A stretch of 61,283 nucleotides of DNA from contig NZ_JBFXGH010000002.1 of NCBI RefSeq assembly GCF_050178175.1, forward strand, positions 1-61,283, given 5' to 3'. The notes beneath the pieces were generated by a model. That model saw only the letters and a program-made list of their open reading frames with translations. It did no database searches and was not told the DNA's origin. Positions 1 to 8,881 of this stretch are shown in pieces. The position numbers and the translations under genes are program-made. The stretch comes from Sphaerochaeta sp. GTDB lineage: Bacteria; Spirochaetota; Spirochaetia; Sphaerochaetales; Sphaerochaetaceae. Every line of letters begins with the position of its first letter. Position 1 is the stretch's first letter.

Positions 1-50
1 CTTGAGAAGTACAGGATGAATACCAGGATGATGGGAAGATAGGCAATCAT
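1..50 (-). CDS. dctM: TRAP transporter large permease (5' end only, runs off the window)
   Basis: ATG at 50 overlaps the dctQ stop (ATGA). Reads MIAYLPIILVFILYFS, hydrophobic, in the usual dctP-dctQ-dctM order. Confidence 0.75.
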   Translation of the reverse strand, partial: MIAYLPIILVFILYFS

Positions 51-532
51 GTGGTACCTCCTTGTGTAGGTTGTTTGATATCCTTGACCAGAAAATAGAT
101 TGAATAGATGGTGGTCAGAGCAAAGCTGACGAGAATTGACGAACTGATGTATGCAGTCGAAATGCCCAGTACCGGTGTGGGTTTCTTATAGGAGAGCGAG
201 ATATAAATGACTGCGATATAGGTTATATATCCGTTGATCAACAAAAGGACGAGATCAACGATGATGGTGATGGTTTTCTTTGTTTTGGGAGGGCAGAGAT
301 TGACCAGCATGTCGACTCCTACATGGACTCGATGCTTGTACCCTGCAGCAGCGCCTATGAAGACCGACCATACAAAGCAGGCGGTCGCAACTTCCTCTGA
401 CCAGTAAATACCGGTTTTCAGGAAGTAGCGCGTGAAGACATTGAGCATGACCAAGACAGTGGTGACAATGATAGCAGCACTGGCGATGATGAGCTCAAGG
501 TTGGATAACACTTTCTTTACGGCTTTGTGCAT
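47..532 (-). CDS. dctQ: TRAP transporter small permease
   Basis: 161 aa, 4 TM segments, motifs VFTRY..WSEE and HVGVD; follows dctP. Confidence 0.92.
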   Translation of the reverse strand: MHKAVKKVLSNLELIIASAAIIVTTVLVMLNVFTRYFLKTGIYWSEEVATACFVWSVFIGAAAGYKHRVHVGVDMLVNLCPPKTKKTITIIVDLVLLLINGYITYIAVIYISLSYKKPTPVLGISTAYISSSILVSFALTTIYSIYFLVKDIKQPTQGGTT

Positions 533-558
533 TGATCACGTTCTCCTTGAACATAAAG

Positions 559-614
559 TACAGGTCGAAGACGACCAGTGTTTTGTAGCATACACCGACA
601 ATCCTCGACCTGTA
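559..614 (-). terminator. Long intercistronic stem-loop between dctP and dctQ (mRNA stabiliser or partial terminator)
   Basis: TACAGGTCGA (559-568) and TCGACCTGTA (605-614) are a perfect inverted repeat. It extends inward with G-U pairs on the minus strand. No U-tract. Confidence 0.6.
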
Positions 615-628
615 TAGGACAGATACAC

Positions 629-1642
629 TTACTTGGGCATCTTGGCCAATTCGTCCTGCAGAATCTGATAGATGCCAGGAGTGACACCCTTCATGTTCTC
701 ATAGACGCTGGTAACGGTAGCGGCGAATGCAGCAGAGTCAACTTCGTTGAACTTGTTGCCTTGAGCCTCGAGTCTGGCTTTTGTGGCCTCATAGTTGTTG
801 GAGATCTCACTGATCATGTGCTGGGCACCAGCAGTGAACTCTTCCTGGATAATGGCCTGATACTCTTCAGGAATTGCGTTGAAGACATCAGCATTGATGT
901 ATACGCCACAGGTCCCTAGGAAATGCTGGGTAAATGCCATGTTCTTGGCAACTTCAGCACTGCCGTTGGATCCATACGCATCCATGGTGCCTTCCAGGCC
1001 GTCAACAACACCCTGCTGTACTGCACTGAGGGTTTCGCTGAACCCGAGCGGGGTAGCGGTTGCACCCATTGCATTGATGGTGTCGATGAACAACTGGCTG
1101 CCAGGAGTCCTGATTTTCATGCCCTGGAGATCAGAAGGGGTGGTAATGACCTTGTTGGTCTTCATGTTCCTGAAACCGAAAATGTAATCCAGAGCAAGCA
1201 CCTTGATCCTATGCTCCTCTTCCAGTTCTTTCAGCATGCCTTTCACCAGATCGGTCTGGATCATGTACTCATACTCGTCAAAGCTCTTGTAGAGCATAGG
1301 TCCAACCAAGGCGTTGAAATCCGGAACATAGTCACCAAGGTAGGATGGGTCCTCTACGCTGATGAAGTCTGCACCACGGGCAACCTGCTCAACTCCGTCC
1401 TTGTAGACAGCCAGCTGGCTTTGTGGGTAGTGCTGTATCTCAATTGCACCATTGGTGCGATCGCTGATATTCTTGACAACAATGTCGAGGGATTTTGTCA
1501 GCTGTTCATTGGGTGCGAATACGTGGCTCATTTTCAATACGAGCTTATAATCGTCTCCACTTGCAGCTTCCTTGCTTCCTTGGGCCATGACCGGCATGGC
1601 TACCAGAGCCAGTACCAATAGGGTAAACAGAACTTTTTTCAT
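629..1642 (-). CDS. dctP: TRAP transporter substrate-binding protein
   Basis: Signal peptide; GFRNM, DLQGMKIRTP and QQGVVDG motifs; AGGAGG SD. Confidence 0.93.
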   Translation of the reverse strand: MKKVLFTLLVLALVAMPVMAQGSKEAASGDDYKLVLKMSHVFAPNEQLTKSLDIVVKNISDRTNGAIEIQHYPQSQLAVYKDGVEQVARGADFISVEDPSYLGDYVPDFNALVGPMLYKSFDEYEYMIQTDLVKGMLKELEEEHRIKVLALDYIFGFRNMKTNKVITTPSDLQGMKIRTPGSQLFIDTINAMGATATPLGFSETLSAVQQGVVDGLEGTMDAYGSNGSAEVAKNMAFTQHFLGTCGVYINADVFNAIPEEYQAIIQEEFTAGAQHMISEISNNYEATKARLEAQGNKFNEVDSAAFAATVTSVYENMKGVTPGIYQILQDELAKMPK

Positions 1643-1960
1643 TCATTCCTCCTGAATGCATTTTGAGTTTAAGATTAAGCAGAATTAAGCTTTATTTCTA
1701 CAACTCTTATTTCTTTAGCACACGGGATGAATTTCCAAATATCAAAACAGTTTTTATGAAAAAAGTATGAAAAGCAGTATATTACACTAAAATTTATCAA
1801 TATTTATGAGAAAAGTGATAAATATATAAGTAAAAATTGTTAAAATAATAAACACGTGTATGAACGTAACAAGGGAAGTTTTACATGGTAATTTATAAGC
1901 AGACTAATTTTCACTGATCCAATGCCATCCTCTCCTGTCTAGTTGGATAGGTGGTAAAAA

Positions 1961-3619
1961 TCAGAACGTGAGTGAGCATCCGAGGATGAGCTGAAGGTCG
2001 CTGTGGGGGTCTGATTCCTCTCCTGTAATCTTTGAAAACGTGCGTCTCCCGATCCAGTTCACCTGTCCATGGAAGGACAGGTCCTGCATCCAATCGCTTG
2101 CATAGATGCCCTTGAGACCGAGAATCAGGTACTCAGTGATGATATCCCCCGATGGGGCGAATCCCTTGATGTTTGGCTCCTCTGTATTATCCGGTGGGTC
2201 ATGGTGGCTGGTGAGATAGGTTACCTGTCCCTTCCTGAGGATGGTGGTGTTGAACTCCACGCGGAACGATGAGAGGCTGTGGTATGCAAGGTTGAACGCG
2301 AATGCCTGGCTGTCCGATCCATACTGGTACCCCAGGTAGTCTATGAGGATTGGCTGCCCGTTATTGTGGAGTCCACGGGCAAATAAAAAGTCGATTCCGT
2401 CTCTGCGGTAGAATGTAGGGGCAGTGGTCGCAAACTCAGCACTGGCGGTCCAGTATCCGCTTTGATGCCAGCTGTAGGAGAGGTTCACCAATCCTGCAAG
2501 TGCATTTGCCGTGCTTGTATCGGTCTCGTTGGGAAGCTGGAACTGATCCAAGGCAAACTGGCCATGCAGCGACAAGGCCGGGAGTATTGTCATGTCCAAC
2601 TCTATGCTGGCTATGGCGTTCAGGTGTTTTGCATCATACAGATTGTGATAGATGTACGTAGGATCGAGGTAGGCTATTTGTATGGTCTCTCCCTGGTACA
2701 TCACATTCTCGGTTACCGCAATCCGTGCCCAAGAGCTGAGCTGAGCTTCTCCTCGGTGTCCGAGGAAAATGCGTTGTTCCCCTTTGCCGATAGGGTTTGG
2801 CAGGAAGAGATAGAGGAACTCCAGTTTAGCCTGCTCCGCGAAGAAGGTTGCCTTGAGGTGGTTGTGGTTGGCAATATGGTCGCCCAGCACGAAATTCCCA
2901 CTCTCTCCCCGTCCCCAGTTCAAGGCTCCCCGGCCGGTGGTGAGCGACCACCAGTTTCCTGATAGCGAGAACTGTGACTCCTGGGGCCAGTCAGCAAGGG
3001 CCTTGTCACCGGGGATAAGCAAGTTGCTCATCAGTTGGCTGGTAAACTTGTAAGCCTCGGCTTGGTAGAAAACATCATCACTTGCGGTAAACAATGCACC
3101 AATGTCGACTATATAGTCTTGGTTGTCATCATTGTCATGTGCCATTGAAGAACCGATATCGACAGAAGTGGAGAAATAGAACCTGTTAGAGTATCCCATC
3201 TCCATCCTGAACCGGAACAACGGCTTTCGCTCATCGACGCTGTAGACCCAGTCATACGCTGTTGTGAATCGAGTGGTATTACTGTGCGCGTACCCCTCCA
3301 GGTTTACCGTAGTGGAGAGGAGGTAGCTGAAGGTGGGGGAAACCTCTTTCATCTGCTTATCCTCGATCCTCCGGGTTGCTTGGTCCAGCAGATCACGGTG
3401 CTGGGTTGTGTTGGCAATTCTCTCCAGCAGCAGCTTTGCCTCTCCGCTGCTCCATGGCCTGGATGCCGAGGGTAGGGCAAGCCCATCGAACCGGTAGAGC
3501 AAGTCAACCTCATCATACAGGGGAGAGGAGAGAGGTATCATACGCGCAGATGAAAAACTCTGGGCGAAGAGAGGAAGGCTGAGAAGCAGGGCACTGAGTG
3601 TAAGGGCAAGTCGTTTCAT
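1961..3619 (-). CDS. Secreted/outer-membrane protein, capsule-assembly Wzi-like beta-barrel
   Basis: Signal peptide, N-terminal L..L...G..LP..SRPWS helix motif, GR..LNWG.G..G motif, amphipathic strands, C-terminal Phe. Confidence 0.55.
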   Translation of the reverse strand: MKRLALTLSALLLSLPLFAQSFSSARMIPLSSPLYDEVDLLYRFDGLALPSASRPWSSGEAKLLLERIANTTQHRDLLDQATRRIEDKQMKEVSPTFSYLLSTTVNLEGYAHSNTTRFTTAYDWVYSVDERKPLFRFRMEMGYSNRFYFSTSVDIGSSMAHDNDDNQDYIVDIGALFTASDDVFYQAEAYKFTSQLMSNLLIPGDKALADWPQESQFSLSGNWWSLTTGRGALNWGRGESGNFVLGDHIANHNHLKATFFAEQAKLEFLYLFLPNPIGKGEQRIFLGHRGEAQLSSWARIAVTENVMYQGETIQIAYLDPTYIYHNLYDAKHLNAIASIELDMTILPALSLHGQFALDQFQLPNETDTSTANALAGLVNLSYSWHQSGYWTASAEFATTAPTFYRRDGIDFLFARGLHNNGQPILIDYLGYQYGSDSQAFAFNLAYHSLSSFRVEFNTTILRKGQVTYLTSHHDPPDNTEEPNIKGFAPSGDIITEYLILGLKGIYASDWMQDLSFHGQVNWIGRRTFSKITGEESDPHSDLQLILGCSLTF

Positions 3620-3710
3620 GCACGATATCCTTGGAGACTATATGCATAGTATTTTAAACGAATAGGGAGGAAAAAGAAAGTTGTCTTTATCGGTGGCGGA
3701 TGCTATTTTC

Positions 3711-4240
3711 CTATCTTAGGAAGCTGATGGTATGGCTGTCATAACTGACATGCTTGCTCCTGAGATCATCCTTGGAGCCATAGGCTGCAATCAGGCTCAG
3801 ATTTCTCAGCGAGTCAAACTGTGAGGCAGGAACTGTAAACTCCATGGTGGTCCTTCCTCCCGTTTCCTTGATCTTGCTCTGTACAAGCATCTGCCTCTGG
3901 GATTGGCTGTGGCCGTGGCCACGGCCGGTATCTTCTCGTATGACTTGATTGGAAATGGCATCGAATCCAATAATGATATGCGCTCCATGCATCCTGTTTG
4001 AACCGAGACCTATTGAGACCCATCCTGTGGTGGGAGCATCCTGGATAAAGTACAGATGCCTGGAATCCCTGGACAGGGCATATCCGATGCGCATATTGTT
4101 GAGCTGCACTTCCATGGGGTACTCATTGATGCCAAAAATTCCATCAACTGCTGGATCCTTCTGGGAAAACGGGAGTATCCCGGCTGCCAGCGGTAGAGTG
4201 GAAAGTACCAATAGTATAAGGAATGCAAGATGTTTTTCAT
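3711..4240 (-). pseudogene. DOMON-domain secreted protein, frameshifted just after the start codon
   Basis: AAGGAG SD and ATG at 4240 (ATGA-coupled to the upstream stop) are out of frame with the body. One extra A in the A5 run gives MKKHLAFLILLVLSTLPLAA. Body has the DOMON-like GWVSIGLG..MHGAHIIIG motif. Confidence 0.65.
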
Positions 4241-4885
4241 GGTGATCTCCTTGATTTTCTCCCATTGAGACGGTATGCAGCATACGAGAGAAGGGTGAAG
4301 GCCATCCATGTTACGAGGATTGCCGTCCCCATAAGGTTGTAGGAGAAAGACGAGGTGGATGCCTGCAGTACATGGAACAGAACCACCAGTCCTGTCGCCA
4401 CCATAAGGTTGTGCATCGCTCTCACCCTCTGGTGGGTGAGTCCGGTCTTCTCATAGGTGCTTGCCCTTATTTGTGCAAACCTTTTTTGCTTGGTCAGCAA
4501 GGTGTTGGAAAAGAAGAGCAATGCGGAGATTATCCCCACAAACAACAGAATGAAAGCAACCTGTCCAAGCAGAGCCTGGCTAGTGGAGAGGGTGAATCCA
4601 TTGGCAAGCTTGAGTCCTGCATGCAGTAGAACAAGGGCTGTGATTACAAGTGGAGAACTTCCATGCAATGTACGGACATGCTTGGCTCCCAGCAAAGACA
4701 CTATCCAGGGCGGTTGTGAGGCCAAGTAAAACTGGTTGCAGACAAGTACGAAAGCGTAGACACCAAATATGATTGACACTGAATATATGAGTCGGCAAGC
4801 GCACCTACAGAGTACAGATATAGGATGACAGGAATGAGAGGGGAGGGGAGAGGAAAAATCCAAGATGGAATATGCTTCGTTTCAT
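4237..4885 (-). pseudogene. Ferric-reductase-like (cytochrome b-type) transmembrane protein, frameshifted near the 5' end
   Basis: GGAGG SD and ATG at 4885 hit a stop after 26 codons. The body frame has TM helices with paired His (TLHG..LLHA; AMHN..LFHV). Confidence 0.55.
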
Positions 4886-4993
4886 TGGAACCTCCAGTAC
4901 AGGTATAGCACCTATTGTTAGACTGAATTAATATTCAGCTTATATTGTGGTCAATACATCAACATGTGGACCTGATGCAATTCTTTTGGATGA

Positions 4994-5090
4994 TTCATTT
5001 CCCAACGGAGCGAGAGGAAAGGAACCATCATGATGGTTCTTCTCCCGAGCGAGTGCAAGGAAAGCAGGGTGAGATACCCTATCCCTTGGG
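4994..5090. repeat. Structured intergenic repeat element, copy A
   Basis: Shares blocks TTCATT.CCCAACG.AGCGAGAG, ATGGTTC, CCGAGCGAGTGC, GGAAAGC, GGTGAGATACCC and CCCTTGGG in the same order with 26224-26315. Contains an 18-bp perfect palindrome at 5022-5039. Confidence 0.8.
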
Positions 5091-5299
5091 GCGGAAAAGG
5101 AGGCAACGCCTCCTGGGTTCAGGGCTTGCCCTGAGGTATTGATACCTTTCATTCTAGAGACAAATGGTCACCCACTCTCCCAGTGCTATGGGGACTGTTG
5201 CTACGATAGGGTGTTTCTCTATCACAACGGAGCTGATTCCTACTACGCATCCAGGGGATTCAGGGGTTTGCTGAAGGTGTAAGGTAGCCATCTTGTAAC

Positions 5300-5336
5300 A
5301 AAAGAAAAAGCAAACCCTTTATAGTAAAAGGTTTGC
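5300..5336 (-). terminator. Rho-independent terminator after tRNA-Leu
   Basis: Minus strand GCAAACCTTTT-ACTAT-AAAGGGTTTGC followed by TTTTTCTTTT. Confidence 0.8.
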
Positions 5337-5341
5337 CTTTC

Positions 5342-5426
5342 TGCCCAGAACAAGATTTGAACTTGCACAGTCTTAACGACCGCTAGGACCTGAACCTAGT
5401 GCGTCTACCAATTCCGCCATCTGGGC
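5342..5426 (-). tRNA. tRNA-Leu (CAG)
   Basis: GCCCAGA acceptor stem, D-loop GGAATTGGTAGAC, anticodon arm CTAGG-TTCAGGT-CCTAG, long variable arm, GTTCAAATC T-loop. CCA not encoded. Confidence 0.97.
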
Positions 5427-5434
5427 GCAGGGCA

Positions 5435-5464
5435 ACTATAGAATATTTGTTTGGATTGTGTCAA
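5435..5464 (-). promoter_or_regulatory. sigma70 promoter of tRNA-Leu
   Basis: TTGACA-18 nt-TATAGT, ending 8 nt before the tRNA 5' end. Confidence 0.75.
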
Positions 5465-5940
5465 CAAGGATTCTGGGAAATCAAGACAACTGCTTGGGCC
5501 ATGACCGCTTCCGCTGTACCAAGCTCACCAAGAATTCCCTCGGCGGTCTTCGCCTTGACAGAAACCTGGCTGATTTCGAGGTGCATCGTCTTCGCCAGAT
5601 TCTCCCTGATTGCATCTATATGGTCACGAAGCTTGGGACGTTGGACAATGACCGTGGTATCAATATGCTCGATGGAGTAGGGAGGGAGGTCTTCCGTCAG
5701 CACATGTGTTAACAACTGCAGGCTGTCAGCATCCTTGAAAGCTGGGTCAGTATCGGGGAAGTGAGACCCAATATCCCCTTTCGCCAACGCTCCAAGGATT
5801 GCATCGATGATTGCATGGACAAGGACGTCACCATCGCTGTGAGCAACCTCCCCCTGTTCACTGGGAATGACTATGCCACCAAGGATGAATTTCCTTCCTT
5901 CTGCGAGGCTGTGAACATCCCAACCAGTGCCAATCCTCAT
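5461..5940 (-). CDS. ispF: 2-C-methyl-D-erythritol 2,4-cyclodiphosphate synthase
   Basis: MRIGTGWDVH, HSDGDV..HAI.DAILGA, GDIG.HFP and VKAKTAE motifs. Confidence 0.97.
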   Translation of the reverse strand: MRIGTGWDVHSLAEGRKFILGGIVIPSEQGEVAHSDGDVLVHAIIDAILGALAKGDIGSHFPDTDPAFKDADSLQLLTHVLTEDLPPYSIEHIDTTVIVQRPKLRDHIDAIRENLAKTMHLEISQVSVKAKTAEGILGELGTAEAVMAQAVVLISQNPC

Positions 5941-6749
5941 AGTGTTTGCTTCTCCCTCTGTACCTCATCCATGGCTTGGTGGAGTGCTTTTGCAGCTAGT
6001 GCGCTACGTTTGCCTTCCTCAAGGTTCTGGAGGTACTCCTCTATCTGCTGTTCAGCATCAGGAATATCCTCGATATACGTGATCTTCCTGTTCTCCCGGG
6101 TTCCTTCACAAATACCCACTGTCTGTCCATAATCAGTGAAGATCTGTGTATCATCCACATAGGAAGTGGTACTGTCTTTTGCTGCCTGATGGGCTTCCCA
6201 GATCTCTGGGTATTTGAAAATCTGTGGAGTCTGAACCCCTACAGCATGAGTGCGGTCTATGTGGTGGGTGATAATTCCATTGTCATCAATGATTTTCAGG
6301 GCATCGGTAGCAGGCAGGGCAGGAACTGCACCTCGAAATACTGTAGCTGTTGCAAGTGTCTTGATCACCAGGTCGGGAGTAAGGAAACAACGAGCTCCAT
6401 CATGGATTGCAACAAAGTCCACGGCCAAGGCCATGGAAGAGAGCATCTTCAAGGCGTTGTAGACCGACTTTTGTCGGTCGCTTCCTCCTGGAACGAGTAT
6501 GATGGGAACCATATTCTGTTGGAGCAGGTCCTCCAGGGCAACCGCACACTGGTCAGCCATTCCTTCAGGATGGGTTACCATGATAACCTGGCACCCTGGT
6601 ACTTCAAGAAATGGGGCAACAGAACGATAGAGCACTGTATGGCCATCGATGGTGAGATACTCCTTCTTGACACCAAGTTGCTTGTTCGCATTGAAACGAT
6701 CGCTGCTGCCGGCAGCGGTCACGATGACTGCATGTTGAGGAAAATGCAT
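5937..6749 (-). CDS. ispD: 2-C-methyl-D-erythritol 4-phosphate cytidylyltransferase
   Basis: AAGSS.RF..K, GG.DRQ.SV, IHDGAR, QTPQ.F, DD, N.KITY..D. Start set at MHFPQ just after carD. Confidence 0.93.
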   Translation of the reverse strand: MHFPQHAVIVTAAGSSDRFNANKQLGVKKEYLTIDGHTVLYRSVAPFLEVPGCQVIMVTHPEGMADQCAVALEDLLQQNMVPIILVPGGSDRQKSVYNALKMLSSMALAVDFVAIHDGARCFLTPDLVIKTLATATVFRGAVPALPATDALKIIDDNGIITHHIDRTHAVGVQTPQIFKYPEIWEAHQAAKDSTTSYVDDTQIFTDYGQTVGICEGTRENRKITYIEDIPDAEQQIEEYLQNLEEGKRSALAAKALHQAMDEVQREKQTL

Positions 6750-6753
6750 AGAA

Positions 6754-7257
6754 CTATTTCTCCAGTTTGGAGAATACAAGCATTTCAATCTCTTTTTTGT
6801 CCTTTTTCAAGGCAAATGAGATCTCATCGATCAACAAACGAAGCGCATTATCATAGAGTTTTCGCTCTTGTACCGGCAGTTCCTTGATCTTGCTGCGATG
6901 ATAGAGTGCTTGTACCACCTTCGCAATGGACGTGATGGAACCCTGCCTAAGCAGATCCACATTCATCTGATACCGGACTTTCCAATCTACCGGCATAGGT
7001 TCATACTTGCTGGAAATGGATTCAATGGCCTGCTTCGCTTCTTTGTCTCCTACGATTGGCCTGATCCCCATCTCCTCAGACTTTCCCACAGGAATCATCA
7101 CCGTCATATCGGAAATATCAAGGTAGATCACGTAATACATTGTAGCGACGCCTCTGAACATTCGTTCTTCAACACGCTTGATGACGCCTACGCCTTGGAG
7201 AGGATATACTACATGTTCTCCGATGGCAAATTGTTTTGTTTCCTGGGCTGAATTCAT
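6754..7257 (-). CDS. carD: CarD family RNA-polymerase-binding regulator
   Basis: F.IGEHVVYP.QGVG, conserved W..R, ERKLYD.A..LL..EI; conserved carD-ispD-ispF order. Confidence 0.94.
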   Translation of the reverse strand: MNSAQETKQFAIGEHVVYPLQGVGVIKRVEERMFRGVATMYYVIYLDISDMTVMIPVGKSEEMGIRPIVGDKEAKQAIESISSKYEPMPVDWKVRYQMNVDLLRQGSITSIAKVVQALYHRSKIKELPVQERKLYDNALRLLIDEISFALKKDKKEIEMLVFSKLEK

Positions 7258-7363
7258 AGCACAAGTATATCCTATTTTTCATGTTAGAACAAGAACACCC
7301 AAAAACAAACTCTTCCCTGTTGCATGATAGCCAACAGCAAAGGAATATTATATAGTCTGAAGC

Positions 7364-8881
7364 ATGAAACATGACATACGACGCTGTGGTGTATTGATGC
7401 ACCCTACATCATTTCCCTCACCCCATGGAATCGGATCACTGGGTGATGAGGCTTTCACCTTTATTGACTTGCTCTCCCAAGCGAAGGTAAGTCTTTGGCA
7501 GATTCTTCCCCTAGGCCCTACCGGCTATGGGGACAGCCCTTATGCAGCCCGATCGACCTTTGCCGGGAATGAACTCCTGATCGACCTCAGGACACTTGCC
7601 TTTGAGGGGTATCTGGATGTGGAGGATGTGCTCTTCCATCCCGAGTTTTCCCCAGACCGGGTAGAATATGGGAGCGTACGCGCCTATAAGGAACCGCTCC
7701 TGGAACAGGCTGCCGCAACCTTTATTGGAGAGGCAGCAAAGAAAGATTGGGAAGCATACCTGCAATTTGTACAGGAAAACCAGTGGTGGCTGGAGGACTA
7801 TGCCCTCTACCAGGTGCTTTGCAGGACCTACAACGATTCCCGTTGGTTTGAGATTTGGCCCAAGAAGGTAAGACTGCGGGAAGAGGCTACTTTGCAACAA
7901 CTCAAGAAGGACCATGCAAAGGCAATCGAGAATATTCAGGTACAGCAGTACTTCTTCTTTACACAGTGGGCAAAGGTCAAGCGATATGCCAACAAAAAAG
8001 GGATCGAGATCATCGGGGATATTCCCATCTTTGTCGCCCCAGACAGTGTGGACGCCTGGTCAAACAGAGAGTTGTTGAAAATGGATGAAGAGGGCAGGCA
8101 GACTGCCTCCAGCGGGGTACCGCCGGATGCCTTTTCTGATGAAGGACAGCTGTGGGGAAATCCTGTCTACGATTGGGGGGCCCACCAAAAGCAACAGTTC
8201 TCCTGGTGGATCAAGCGAATAGAGAAGACCCTGGAGATCTGTGACATCATCAGGATTGACCACTTCCGAGGATTTGCTGCCTATTGGGAAGTACCCAAAG
8301 GTGAGAAAACTGCCATGAATGGCACCTGGAAGCCATCGCCGGGCAAGGAGTTCTTCTCTGCGCTGAAAGCACATCTTGGGGAAGACCTTCCCATCATTGC
8401 CGAAGATCTTGGTGTAATCACCAAGGATGTGGATGAACTCAGGCTTTCCAATGGATTCCCGGGTATGAAGATACTTCAATTTGCCTTCTCGGTTGAGAAC
8501 GGGAAGCTTGATGCAAGCAATGCCTACCTTCCGCACAACTGTGAGCGCAACAGTGTCATTTATACAGGTACCCATGACAACAATACCTCCAGAGGGTGGT
8601 ATGACGGCTTGGATGGACAAACCAAGGATGCCGTACGGCGTTACCTTGAATGTCCTGATGACCAGATAGTCTGGCAGTTGATCAGGCAGATGCTGCTCTC
8701 TCATGCCAAGGACGCCATTCTCCCCCTGCAGGATTGGCTGGAGCTTGGAGCTGAAGGAAGAATGAACATCCCTTCCACCTGTGGGGTAAGCAACTGGAGC
8801 TGGAGAGCAGAAACCCTCCAACTGGAAGGATGGAGGGTCGACCGACTCAGAGCCTTGATAGAATTATCAGGAAGAGAATGA
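7364..8881 (+). CDS. malQ: 4-alpha-glucanotransferase (GH77)
   Basis: WQILPLGP, IIGDIPIFV, GQLWGNP, RIDHFRGF, IAEDLG, YTGTHDN. Confidence 0.97.
   Translation: MKHDIRRCGVLMHPTSFPSPHGIGSLGDEAFTFIDLLSQAKVSLWQILPLGPTGYGDSPYAARSTFAGNELLIDLRTLAFEGYLDVEDVLFHPEFSPDRVEYGSVRAYKEPLLEQAAATFIGEAAKKDWEAYLQFVQENQWWLEDYALYQVLCRTYNDSRWFEIWPKKVRLREEATLQQLKKDHAKAIENIQVQQYFFFTQWAKVKRYANKKGIEIIGDIPIFVAPDSVDAWSNRELLKMDEEGRQTASSGVPPDAFSDEGQLWGNPVYDWGAHQKQQFSWWIKRIEKTLEICDIIRIDHFRGFAAYWEVPKGEKTAMNGTWKPSPGKEFFSALKAHLGEDLPIIAEDLGVITKDVDELRLSNGFPGMKILQFAFSVENGKLDASNAYLPHNCERNSVIYTGTHDNNTSRGWYDGLDGQTKDAVRRYLECPDDQIVWQLIRQMLLSHAKDAILPLQDWLELGAEGRMNIPSTCGVSNWSWRAETLQLEGWRVDRLRALIELSGRE

Noticed and set aside
4940-5152. 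Short ORFs of 65-70 aa on both strands
   Set aside because: They run through the palindromic element, lack an SD and show no recognisable domain.
1650-5341. Intact integrative element at tRNA-Leu
   Set aside because: No integrase and no duplicated tRNA 3' end (att site) seen; at most a decayed variable region.
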